Under the pieces are notes generated by a model. It searched no databases and had not been told where the DNA came from. It was given only the letters and a program-made list of their open reading frames with translations. From Alkalilimnicola ehrlichii MLHE-1 (GTDB lineage Bacteria; Pseudomonadota; Gammaproteobacteria; Nitrococcales; Halorhodospiraceae), in assembly GCF_000014785.1 (NCBI RefSeq), contig NC_008340.1, positions 1,320,001-1,352,000 on the forward strand: 32,000 bases of DNA, given 5' to 3'. The position numbers and the translations under genes are program-made. Shown here piece after piece: positions 24,200 to 32,000 of this stretch (positions are counted from its first letter, which is position 1; each line of letters begins with the position of its first letter).

Positions 24200-24943
24200 A
24201 TGCAGGCGAACATACTGATCGTGGACGATGATCCCGGCTTGCGGGAACTGCTGGTCGACTATCTGGGCCAGAATGGACTGGAGGCCCGCGCTGTGCCTGA
24301 TGGGACGGCGCTCTGGCCGGCCCTGGAGGCCGGCCCGGTGGACCTGCTGATCCTCGATCTGATGCTGCCCGGGGATGACGGCCTGGAGCTCTGCGGGCAG
24401 CTACGCGCCGCCGATGCCCCTTGGCGTACCCTGCCAGTGATTATGCTGACCGCGCGGGGCGAGGAGACAGATCGCATCGTCGGTCTGGAGCTCGGTGCCG
24501 ACGACTACCTGCCCAAACCCTTCAACCCCCGCGAGCTGCTGGCCCGCATCCGCGGCCTACTGCGTCGCAGTCGCATGCCCCCGGCCCGGCAGGACGACCC
24601 GGCCGGCACCGCCGGGGAGCGCGTCCGGTACCGGTTCGCCGGCTGGCTGCTGGACCCGGCCGCCCACACCCTTGCCGGCCCGGACGGCCAGGTGCATACC
24701 CTCGGCGGGGCGGACACCCGGCTGTTACAGGCCCTCGCCGCCCGGCCGGGGCGACCGCTGAGCCGGGACCGGATCATGGACATCACCCGCGGCCGCGATG
24801 CCAGCCCCTACGACCGCAGCATCGATGTGCAGGTCAGCCGGCTGCGCCGGCTGCTCGGGGACGATGCCCGGGAGCAGCGCATTATCCGCACCCTGCGCAA
24901 CGAGGGCTATCTGATGGCCTGCGACGTGGAGCGGGTGGCCTGA
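24200..24943 (+). CDS. OmpR-family two-component response regulator (CpxR/OmpR-like)
   Basis: ATG at 24200 with an AAAGGAG SD. Receiver domain (ILIVDDDPGLRELL...LLILDLMLPGDDG...IMLTARG) plus a winged-helix C-terminus (SRDRIMD...YDRSIDVQVSRLRRLL...IRTLRNEGY). Confidence 0.9.
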   Translation: MQANILIVDDDPGLRELLVDYLGQNGLEARAVPDGTALWPALEAGPVDLLILDLMLPGDDGLELCGQLRAADAPWRTLPVIMLTARGEETDRIVGLELGADDYLPKPFNPRELLARIRGLLRRSRMPPARQDDPAGTAGERVRYRFAGWLLDPAAHTLAGPDGQVHTLGGADTRLLQALAARPGRPLSRDRIMDITRGRDASPYDRSIDVQVSRLRRLLGDDAREQRIIRTLRNEGYLMACDVERVA

Positions 24944-26307
24944 TGCGCCTCTGGCCCCAGACCCTGATGGGTCGTTTGCTGGTCCTCATGCTGGGCGGGC
25001 TGCTGGCGGCCCAGCTGGCGGCGGGCTGGATCCTCTGGCAGGACCGCAGCCGCATGACCCTGGGGGTGGTGGTCTCCGGGCTGGCCGAGCGCCTGGCTGG
25101 CAGCCTGGACGAACTGGAGACCCTGGCCGCTGATGACCGGCGTGACCGGTTGCGGGGCCGGGGCATGCTGCGACCCAGCCTGGACCAACCCTGGCGCGAT
25201 GATCCGCCGGAGAGCTATGCCGCCCGCCGGCTGGAGCAGGTGCTGGGTGAGCGGATGACGGCGGACCGCCCGTTCCAGGTCTGGGTGGAGGCGCCGGAAG
25301 AGCAGGGCGGTCGCTATACCGAGATGCAACGGCGCCACCAGCATCACCACGCCGGGGCCCTGCGCCTGGTCGTGGTCCAGGCCCACCTGGACGATGGCAG
25401 TGTCCTGACGCTGCGCCAACCGGTGCCGGCCGATGCGCTGAGCTGGCCGCAGCGGCTGCTGGCCGCGCTGGGTGTCTTCACCCTCTCCGTGCTGGTGATT
25501 GCCGGGCTGGCGGTGCGCGGCCTGACCGGCCCGCTGCGCACCCTCGCCCGGGCCGCCGAGAACCTGGGGCGCGACCTGAATCACCCGCCGCTGCCGGAGC
25601 AGGGCAGCCGGGAGGTCCGACAGGCCACCCGCGCCTTCAACGCCATGCAGCAGCGTCTGCGGGACAACCTGGCCCAGCGGGGCCGGATGCTCGAGGCGGT
25701 CTCCCACGACCTGAAAACCCCCATCACCCGGTTGCGCCTGCGTGCAGAGATGCTGCCCGACGAGGCCCTGCGCGAGCGCTTCCAGCGCGACCTGGCGGAG
25801 ATGGAGCAGCTGGTCCATTCCACCCTCGATTTCATGCGCGGCGACACCCCGGTGCAGGACCCGGAACCGCTCGATCTGATGCCCCTGCTGCGGGCACTCG
25901 TCCACGAGACCGCCGAGGTCGGCGGCGAGGTGGCGCTCACCGGGCCGGACAGCGCCTGGACCCTGGGCGAGCCGTTGGCCCTGAAGCGGTGCCTGGGCAA
26001 CCTGATCGACAACGCCGTGCGCTACGGGGAACGGGCCCAGGTGCGGGTCAGCGCGGACGGGACGGGTGTTCGGGTGAGCATCCGGGACCGCGGTCCGGGT
26101 ATCCCGGAGGCGGACCTGGAACGGATCTTCGACCCCTACTATCGGCTGGAGGCCTCGCGTAGCGCGGCCACCGGAGGCACCGGGCTGGGGTTGGGGATTG
26201 CCCGCAACATCGCCCGCGCCCACGGTGGTGAGCTGGCGCTGCGCAATACCGGCGCGGGGCTGGAGGCCGTGATCACCCTGCCATCGGCCAATACCCGGCG
26301 GGACTGA
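24943..26307 (+). CDS. EnvZ/CpxA-type sensor histidine kinase
   Basis: The start overlaps the regulator's stop (TGATG). It has two TM segments, a HAMP region, an H box SHDLKTPITRLRL, an N box NLIDNAVRYG, and G boxes DRGPGIP and GGTGLGLGIA. Confidence 0.9.
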   Translation: MRLWPQTLMGRLLVLMLGGLLAAQLAAGWILWQDRSRMTLGVVVSGLAERLAGSLDELETLAADDRRDRLRGRGMLRPSLDQPWRDDPPESYAARRLEQVLGERMTADRPFQVWVEAPEEQGGRYTEMQRRHQHHHAGALRLVVVQAHLDDGSVLTLRQPVPADALSWPQRLLAALGVFTLSVLVIAGLAVRGLTGPLRTLARAAENLGRDLNHPPLPEQGSREVRQATRAFNAMQQRLRDNLAQRGRMLEAVSHDLKTPITRLRLRAEMLPDEALRERFQRDLAEMEQLVHSTLDFMRGDTPVQDPEPLDLMPLLRALVHETAEVGGEVALTGPDSAWTLGEPLALKRCLGNLIDNAVRYGERAQVRVSADGTGVRVSIRDRGPGIPEADLERIFDPYYRLEASRSAATGGTGLGLGIARNIARAHGGELALRNTGAGLEAVITLPSANTRRD

Positions 26308-26363
26308 CACCGGGGTCGGGTCATCTGAGATACTGGGCCCACACCGACGGCCCCGAGGTAATC

Positions 26364-26918
26364 ATGGCCCTATCCAATGCACCGGTGGACCCGCAGCGGC
26401 TGCCTGCCCTGGAGGCACAGTCCCTCCAGCCGGTCTCGCCCCGATTTGCGCCCTACCAGCTTATCAGCCGGTTTCTCAGCCTGTTGCCACTGGCCTTCCT
26501 GGCGTGGTTGCTGCCGGTGATGACCGGCATGCCCCTGGCCATGCGGCCGGTGCTGCTGGCCGGTGTGGGGTTGCTGCTGGTGGTCTCGCCGGTCCTGGCC
26601 TGGCTGGAGGCGCGCCGCCGCGCCTGGGCCGTGCGCGAGCAGGACGTGACCTACCAGAGCGGCCTGCTGGTCCAGCGGACCACGGTGCTGCCCTTTGTCC
26701 GCATCCAGCATGTGGAGACCGCAAGCAACCCGGTGGAGCGGGCCTTCGGCCTGGTCCGCCTGACCTGTTTCACCGCTGGTGGCGCCGGGGGCGACCTGGT
26801 CATCCAGGGCCTGGAGCGGGACCGGGCCGAGCGCCTGCGTCAGTACCTGCTGGACCGCATCCAGGGCGCCGCGGCGCCGCCGGCCAACGGGGAGACAGGG
26901 GAGGCGGATGGCCGCTGA
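26364..26918 (+). CDS. YdbS-like membrane protein with a bacterial PH (bPH_2) domain
   Basis: 184-aa ORF with two TM helices followed by RAWAVREQDVTYQSGLLVQRTTVLPFVRIQHVETASNPVERAFGL, typical of bPH_2/DUF304. It overlaps the next gene by 11 nt. Confidence 0.7.
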   Translation: MALSNAPVDPQRLPALEAQSLQPVSPRFAPYQLISRFLSLLPLAFLAWLLPVMTGMPLAMRPVLLAGVGLLLVVSPVLAWLEARRRAWAVREQDVTYQSGLLVQRTTVLPFVRIQHVETASNPVERAFGLVRLTCFTAGGAGGDLVIQGLERDRAERLRQYLLDRIQGAAAPPANGETGEADGR

Positions 26919-28509
26919 GTTGGAGGGCCCCCCGGTGGGGCAGTGGCAGCGCCTGTCGCCCTGGGCGCTTGCGATCCTGTTCCTGGGCGGGCTGTTCCGT
27001 TTCGTCCGCGAGAATCTGCCGCTGGTGGTCGGTGCCGGTGCCGGCGCGGCCCTGCTGGAGCAGGTGGGCCTGCGCGAGCTGGGCCTGGGCCTGGCCTTGG
27101 TGGGCCTGATCGCCGCGCTGATCAGTCTGCTCTATTACCGGCGGTTCCGCTTTCGCATGGACGGCGATGTGCTGGTGGTGCAGCGCGGCGTGCTGGAGCG
27201 GCGCGAGGTGAAGGTGAGCGCCGAGCGGGTCCAGCATATGGCGTTGGAGCAGCCGGTCTACATGCGCCCCTTTGATGTGGTCCGCTTCAGCCTGGACACA
27301 CCGGGCGGGGCCACCGCCGAGGTGGAGCTGCCGGGCATCCGCCGGGCGGTGGCGGAGGCGCTGCAGGAACGGTTGGAACGGGGCCGGCCGGGGCCCGCCG
27401 TGGAGGGTGCGACCGGGGCGGAGGCGGGGCAGCCCCCGTCGGAGGCGTCGACGGAGACGTTGTTCCGGATCGGCCCCCGTGGCCTCACCCTGCACGGCCT
27501 TGCCAGCAATCATGCCTACGTCATCGCCGCGCTGTTGGCGCCGGTGGTGCAGCCGTTGGAACGCCTGGCCCTGCGCAACCCAGAGCTGCTGGCCGGACTG
27601 CCCTGGCTGGAGGCTGCCGCCGAGTCGCCGGTGTTGGCCCTGGTGCTGACGGTGACGGCCCTGCTGTTGCTCCTGGTGTGCGTCTCGGTGGCTGTGGTCT
27701 GGCTGCGCTTTTTCGGCTTCACCCTGGTGCGCGAGGGCGGCCGCTACCTCCAGTACAGCGGTCTGTTCACCCGTCGCCAACAGACCCTCACGGCGGCGAA
27801 GCTGCAGTCCCTGGAGTGGGTGCAGACGGCGGCGGGCCGGCTGCTGCGCTGCGGTTACCTGGTCTGTCACCAGTACGGGGCCCTACCCGGCGGACCGGAT
27901 ACCGCGGGTCAGCGTTTCCTGGTGCCAGGGTTGAGTCGCCGGGAGGGACGCGCCCTGAGCGAGGTGTTCTGGTCGGGTCTGGGTGCGGACGCGGCGGGCC
28001 GGGGCGGCACTGGGGCGCCGGCCGGGGGCGCCTTCGAGGCGGGCTACCAGCGGGTCCACCGGCTCTACCGCCGGGTGCTGGCGTTGCGGCTGGTGGCCGG
28101 CGCCACCGCGTTGGCCCTGGTGCTGCTGACACTCACCGGCTTCCCCGGCTGGCTGGCCCTGGTGGCGCTGGCCCTGGTGCTGGCCTGGCCGGTGGCCTGG
28201 CTGCGCTGGCGCGCCGTCGCCTGGCGCCGGGCGGGGCGCTTCCTCTGCGTCCGGCGGGGGCTGCTGGGCCGGCGCACCACCCTGTTCCCGCTGGAGAAGG
28301 TCCAGGCGGTGACGGTGCAGCAGAGCTGGGTGCAGCGGCGCCGCGGGCTGGCCACGCTGCGGTTGCAGCTCGCCAGCGGGCCGGTGGTGGTGCCCTTTAT
28401 CCCGCTGGCCACGGCCCACGCGGTCGCCAATGAGGCCCTCTACCGGGTGGTCTTCCGGCCGGATTCAGCCCTTGGGGCCGAGCAGCAGCCAGAGGATCAG
28501 GATTTATAG
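26908..28509 (+). CDS. YdbT-like membrane protein with repeated bPH_2 domains
   Basis: ATG at 26908; the track start 26779 is over-extended. PH-like units repeat (VVQRGVLERREVKVSAERVQHMALEQPVYMRPF, YSGLFTRRQQTLTAAKLQSLEWVQT, RRGLLGRRTTLFPLEKVQAVTVQQSWVQRRRGL) and alternate with TM pairs. Confidence 0.75.
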   Translation: MAAELEGPPVGQWQRLSPWALAILFLGGLFRFVRENLPLVVGAGAGAALLEQVGLRELGLGLALVGLIAALISLLYYRRFRFRMDGDVLVVQRGVLERREVKVSAERVQHMALEQPVYMRPFDVVRFSLDTPGGATAEVELPGIRRAVAEALQERLERGRPGPAVEGATGAEAGQPPSEASTETLFRIGPRGLTLHGLASNHAYVIAALLAPVVQPLERLALRNPELLAGLPWLEAAAESPVLALVLTVTALLLLLVCVSVAVVWLRFFGFTLVREGGRYLQYSGLFTRRQQTLTAAKLQSLEWVQTAAGRLLRCGYLVCHQYGALPGGPDTAGQRFLVPGLSRREGRALSEVFWSGLGADAAGRGGTGAPAGGAFEAGYQRVHRLYRRVLALRLVAGATALALVLLTLTGFPGWLALVALALVLAWPVAWLRWRAVAWRRAGRFLCVRRGLLGRRTTLFPLEKVQAVTVQQSWVQRRRGLATLRLQLASGPVVVPFIPLATAHAVANEALYRVVFRPDSALGAEQQPEDQDL

Positions 28510-28523
28510 CGCCGTGTCGCGGA

Positions 28524-29978
28524 TCAGAGCTTGTAGAGTATCCGCATTGCGCCCCAGTGGCGACCATTGACCGTGATCGGCGCCGAGCAGTCGCGCATGA
28601 GCACGAACTTGCCGCCGCCCATGTCGCGGCGGTAGGTCTGGAGTAACCAGGGACGCTGGTTCTTGGCGGCGGTCTGGCCGGTGCGGTCCTTCCACAACCG
28701 CCGGTTGCGGCTGTTGGCGTTGTTCCACTCCCGCTGCCCCGGCCGTTGCGGCTTGGAGACGTGCAGGTTGTGGGTGGGGATGTAGCCGTTGCGGTCGATG
28801 GCGCAGGCCCCGCCGATGGCCGGATCCGATTCTAGGACCGGCTCCTGGATGGGCGGCAGCACGCGGTCGGTGAACTCCACGAAGCGGGTGGTGTACTGCT
28901 GCGGGTCGGTGTTCGGGATCGGGACGTAATCCTCGTCGAACAGGTCCGCCTCGGTGATCTCGCCGCTGCGGATCGCCGCCTCGAAGGCCCGGCTGACCTG
29001 GGCGGCCGTCTCCGTGGCGACACGGATATAGGGGGTGTCCTCGGTCTCCACGTCACTGGCGTTGGCCAGGTTCATCAACTCCTCGACGAAACTGAGCAAC
29101 TGGTTCAGGCGGCTGCCGGCGTCCTCCAGCTTCCGCAGCGAGCCGGTGACGTCATCCGCCATCTCGTTCAGGCCGTCCAGGGTCTGGTCGCTGTAGCGAT
29201 CGATCTCCTGTACGGCGGAGGCGATCCGTGCCGACTCGTTGTCCACGTCACCCATCGCCCGGGCCACGGCATCCAGCACCTCCTGCATGGCGTTGGTGCC
29301 CTTCTCCACCTGCTTCGCCCGCTCGGTGCTCTTGCCGCCGGTGTCGATCAGTCCGCGGGTCTGCTCGGTGAGTTCGTGCAGCGTGCGGTCGATATCGGAG
29401 GTGGCGTCATGGGTCTGTCCGGCCAGGGATTTCACCTCCTCGGCCACCACGGCGAACCCCTGTCCGGCCTCGCCCGCGCGGGCCGCCTCGATGGTGGCGT
29501 TGAGGGCCAGCAGATTGGTCTGCTTGGCGATGGAGCCGATGCCCTTGGCCACCTTGCTCACCCGCACCATGGCGTCGTTGAGCCCGCCCAATTCGGATTC
29601 GATGTCGTGCACCGATTGGCTCAGGTCGCGGATGTCGCCCAGGGCCTTCTGGATGGTCTCGTCGGACCGGCTCATGTCGGCGCGGGCGGCGCCGGAGACG
29701 TGCTGGGCGTTGCGTGCGGCCGAGTCCACCACCTTGTTGGCCTCGGACATGCGCTGGGCGGAGTCGCGCAGTTCCTCGAACAGCGCCACCTCGCGGCGGG
29801 TCTGCTCTTTGATCCCGTCCACGTGCCCGGTGACGTCGGAGGCCTCCAGGCCCAGCTCACTGGTGTGCAGGGAGGTCTGCTTGAGGATCTCCTGGTACTT
29901 CAGATCCTCGTCAGTGACCGCCGGCGCCCGCTGTCCACCGGCCGGCTGGTCCTTGGCCTTGCGCTTGAAGAAAAACAT
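28524..29978 (-). CDS. soluble methyl-accepting chemotaxis protein-like transducer: N-terminal MCP signalling domain, C-terminal putative sensor domain
   Basis: MCP hairpin-tip signature [41 protein letters not shown] near residue 165. No TM segment is present. The conserved C-terminal ~180 aa (TPYIRVA...IQEPVL...[14 protein letters not shown]...VNGRHWG) is shared with the neighbouring paralog. Confidence 0.85.
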   Translation of the reverse strand: MFFFKRKAKDQPAGGQRAPAVTDEDLKYQEILKQTSLHTSELGLEASDVTGHVDGIKEQTRREVALFEELRDSAQRMSEANKVVDSAARNAQHVSGAARADMSRSDETIQKALGDIRDLSQSVHDIESELGGLNDAMVRVSKVAKGIGSIAKQTNLLALNATIEAARAGEAGQGFAVVAEEVKSLAGQTHDATSDIDRTLHELTEQTRGLIDTGGKSTERAKQVEKGTNAMQEVLDAVARAMGDVDNESARIASAVQEIDRYSDQTLDGLNEMADDVTGSLRKLEDAGSRLNQLLSFVEELMNLANASDVETEDTPYIRVATETAAQVSRAFEAAIRSGEITEADLFDEDYVPIPNTDPQQYTTRFVEFTDRVLPPIQEPVLESDPAIGGACAIDRNGYIPTHNLHVSKPQRPGQREWNNANSRNRRLWKDRTGQTAAKNQRPWLLQTYRRDMGGGKFVLMRDCSAPITVNGRHWGAMRILYKL

Positions 29979-29999
29979 TGCGTTGCTGCCCCCCCTGAC

Positions 30000-31424
30000 T
30001 CAGTCCGCCGCGTAGATCAGCCGCTGACACCCCCAGTGCCGCCCGCCCACCTTGATGGGCACCGAGACCTCTTTGACCAGGGCATGGTGCCCTTCGCCCA
30101 GATTCAGGCGGTAGGTCTGCAGCAGGAAACGCTCGCGGTTGCGGGTCGCGGCACGGGTCTCGCGGCTGTCCAGCCGTCGCCGATGAAACCGCGGTAGTTC
30201 GGCGCTGTCGTCCGCTGACGGGGCGCGGGCGGCCTCACGGCTTTGTGCCGGCACATACCCGCCCAGGTCGCAGACGAAGGCGGACAGCACCCGGCGCTGG
30301 CGCTGCAGGGCCGGTTCCTGGATGGCCGGCAGCACCCGGTCACAGAACTCGGAGTTGGCGGCGGTGAAACGGGGTGGCGCGGTGTCGGCCTCGCGCTGGT
30401 AGTTCTGATCGAACAGCGCCTGTTCGTTGACACTGCCGCGCTTCAGGCCCTCCTCGAAGGCGGCGGCGGTGTCCGCGGCCAGTTGCTCGGCCAAGCGGAT
30501 ATAGGGCGTGTCGATGGTCTCCACGCCCTCCACGGCCGTTTCGCGGATCAGTAGCTCGGTGTAATGACGCAGCTTCTCCGTCCGTGCCTCAGCCTCCTCC
30601 AATGCATCGTTGGCGTGCCGGACCTCGCTGGTGAGCTCCTCGAGCCCTCCCACCGTCCTGCGGCAGTGCTGGTCGATCTCGCCGACGGACTCATGGATGC
30701 GCCCGGACTCGGTGTCCACGTCCTGCATGGCGCTGCCCACCGTCTCCATGATCTCCTGGATGGCGTGGGTGCCCTCACGCACCGCCTGGGCCTTCTCCGT
30801 GCTCTCGGCACCGCGCCGGATCAGCCGCTCGATGATGTTGGTCAACTCCTCCAGGATCTGATGGATCTCGGAGGTGGCATCCGCCGTTTGCTTGGCCAGC
30901 TCCTTGACGTGCTCCGCCACCACGGCGAAACCGCGGCCCACCTCGCCGGCGCGGGTGGCTTCGATGGTGGCGTTGAGGGCGAGCAGATTGGTTTGCTTGG
31001 CAATGGTGCTGATCTCATTGGCCACCTGGGCCACGCCCTGCAGCGCCTCGTTGAGGCTGCTCAACTGGCCTTCGATATGGGTGACCGACTCGGCCAGCCC
31101 GCGGATCTGCTCCAGCGAGTGGGTGATGGTTGCGCGTGAGCGCTCCACGTCCTTGCCGGCGCTGGCCGCCACGTCGTGGGCGCGGCGGGCGGCTTGGTCG
31201 ACGGTGTCGTTGGCCTCGCTCATGCGCCGCGCGGTGCCCACCAGGTCGGAGAATATGGCCGCCTGGCGCCGGAACAGTTGGGCGACGTGTTCGATGTGGT
31301 TGACAATGTCCACCGCCTCCACACCCACGCCGCTGGTGCGCTCGGCGATCTGCTGGATGACCGAGAAATGGTTCATGGTCACGGAAGGCGTGCGCTCTTC
31401 GTTGTCCTTGACTACCGAAGCCAT
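30000..31424 (-). CDS. soluble methyl-accepting chemotaxis protein-like transducer, paralog of 28524..29978
   Basis: ATG at 31424 with a GGGGGAG SD; the track start 31637 is over-extended. MCP tip [41 protein letters not shown]. The C-terminal domain is TPYIRLA...IQEPAL...LLQTYRLNLGEGHH...VGGRHWG. Confidence 0.85.
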   Translation of the reverse strand: MASVVKDNEERTPSVTMNHFSVIQQIAERTSGVGVEAVDIVNHIEHVAQLFRRQAAIFSDLVGTARRMSEANDTVDQAARRAHDVAASAGKDVERSRATITHSLEQIRGLAESVTHIEGQLSSLNEALQGVAQVANEISTIAKQTNLLALNATIEATRAGEVGRGFAVVAEHVKELAKQTADATSEIHQILEELTNIIERLIRRGAESTEKAQAVREGTHAIQEIMETVGSAMQDVDTESGRIHESVGEIDQHCRRTVGGLEELTSEVRHANDALEEAEARTEKLRHYTELLIRETAVEGVETIDTPYIRLAEQLAADTAAAFEEGLKRGSVNEQALFDQNYQREADTAPPRFTAANSEFCDRVLPAIQEPALQRQRRVLSAFVCDLGGYVPAQSREAARAPSADDSAELPRFHRRRLDSRETRAATRNRERFLLQTYRLNLGEGHHALVKEVSVPIKVGGRHWGCQRLIYAAD

Positions 31425-31490
31425 GGTCGGCTCCCCCTGGTCCCGTCGTCGTCGTCGTTGTTTGTTGTGGTTGTAATACCTTGCCCGTAG

Positions 31491-31517
31491 ATGACGGCGG
31501 TGGGTGGGAAAACTTGA
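31491..31517 (-). promoter_or_regulatory. candidate sigma-28 (FliA)-type promoter for the chemoreceptor pair
   Basis: The minus strand reads TCAAGTTT-N11-GCCGTCAT, against the enterobacterial consensus TAAAGTTT-N11-GCCGATAA (7/8 and 5/8 matches, correct spacer). It lies about 67 nt upstream of the ATG at 31424. Confidence 0.3.
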
Positions 31518-31667
31518 GCCCAACGGCCGGCGCAGGTGGATTAATACGTTGGCAGGGCAAAGGGTAAAGCCACCGGGGCGGCAGGGAAAGCCCCGGCGGG
31601 CCTGCCACGGCGGTTCCGCATTGCCGGCAATGGCCACCGGTCAAGCCCGTATCGGGTGGGTAAGCGA

Positions 31668-31676
31668 TGGTATAAT
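31668..31676 (+). promoter_or_regulatory. extended -10 promoter element TGGTATAAT
   Basis: A perfect TATAAT preceded by TGn, unusual in this GC-rich context. It lies about 165 nt upstream of the + strand ORF that starts at 31840. No good -35 is present. Confidence 0.4.
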
Positions 31677-31839
31677 CTCCGGCCGATTGAGACAGTCCAC
31701 GAGTCAGGCCCCCATCTGTGATAGCCGAGTGTCTGAGTAACCGTCGTGCTCCCGGCGCGGTCCGCGAGGATCGGTGCGTCCCGGTGGTCCGGCCGGCGCG
31801 GTGCCGTGTGGCAGGTCGGGGGGCGGCCCCGGGTGACCG

Positions 31840-32000
31840 ATGGTGAAGCGATCACGTCAGAGCCGGCGCAGGGCCACCGGGCGGGGGCGCCCCGGGCGTT
31901 TGAAGCGCTGGGGCGCGCGTCTGCTGGGCCTGCTGGTCACGGTCGCCCTGGTGGCGGTGGGCCTGCTGGCCTTGTACGCCAAGTCGCTGGAGCCGGAGCT
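31840..32000 (+). CDS. N-terminus of a membrane-anchored protein, possibly a class A penicillin-binding protein (PBP1A-like); runs off the window
   Basis: ATG GTG AAG... translates to MVKRSRQSRRRATGRGRPGRLKRWGARLLGLLVTVALVAVGLLALYAKSLEPE: a basic stretch, a single TM and a Y..LEPEL motif like PBP1 N-termini. Only 53 codons are visible. Confidence 0.35.
   Translation, partial: MVKRSRQSRRRATGRGRPGRLKRWGARLLGLLVTVALVAVGLLALYAKSLEPE

Noticed and set aside
24421-26310. The 628-aa plus ORF that starts inside the response regulator, and the 467-aa minus ORF 24907..26310
   Set aside because: The kinase clearly starts at 24943 (MRLWPQTLMGRLLVLML...). The upstream extension is an out-of-frame read through the regulator gene. 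The minus ORF is antisense to the kinase.
1-32000. CRISPR arrays, rRNA genes and tRNA genes
   Set aside because: I saw no regularly spaced short direct repeats and no conserved rRNA or tRNA (GGTTCGAATCC-type) sequence in any non-coding stretch.

Overview
High-GC (by eye well above 60%) proteobacterial chromosome segment, probably from a gammaproteobacterium. I saw no rRNA, tRNA or CRISPR array. From left to right the window contains seven blocks. (1) An IS1634-family transposase that runs off the left edge. (2) A visibly AT-richer four-gene minus-strand cassette at 1557-4366: an unknown 216-aa protein, an unknown 297-aa protein translationally coupled to a 4-TM protein, and a membrane-anchored NERD nuclease-like protein. 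It is bounded on the right by a decayed IS91-family transposase remnant. (3) A secreted Sel1-repeat protein, divergent from a Pho-box-bearing pstC-pstA-pstB-phoU operon. PstC and PstA are long forms, no pstS is in the window, and a 131-bp inverted-repeat element sits between pstB and phoU. (4) A ~10-kb orphan type VI secretion cargo island on the minus strand: vgrG, a DUF4123-type adaptor, and a ~1095-codon effector frame interrupted by a single-base frameshift. These are followed by a periplasmic Sel1-repeat putative immunity gene, then a tandem ~2.65-2.69 kb duplicate carrying an orphan effector C-terminal module and a second, mosaic Sel1 immunity gene. (5) An envelope-associated block: a Yip1-like membrane protein, a Spy/CpxP-family periplasmic protein divergent from an OmpR-family regulator and EnvZ/CpxA-type kinase, and a YdbS/YdbT-like bacterial PH-domain pair. 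(6) Two tandem soluble chemoreceptor paralogs with an N-terminal MCP signalling domain and a C-terminal putative sensor domain. (7) The first codons of a membrane-anchored, class-A-PBP-like protein. The two best candidates for something undescribed are the VgrG-linked polymorphic effector/immunity array, whose toxin domain I cannot assign to any family, and the IS-flanked low-GC cassette, which looks like a defence island module. All functional calls come from reading translated sequence by eye; no database search was possible.
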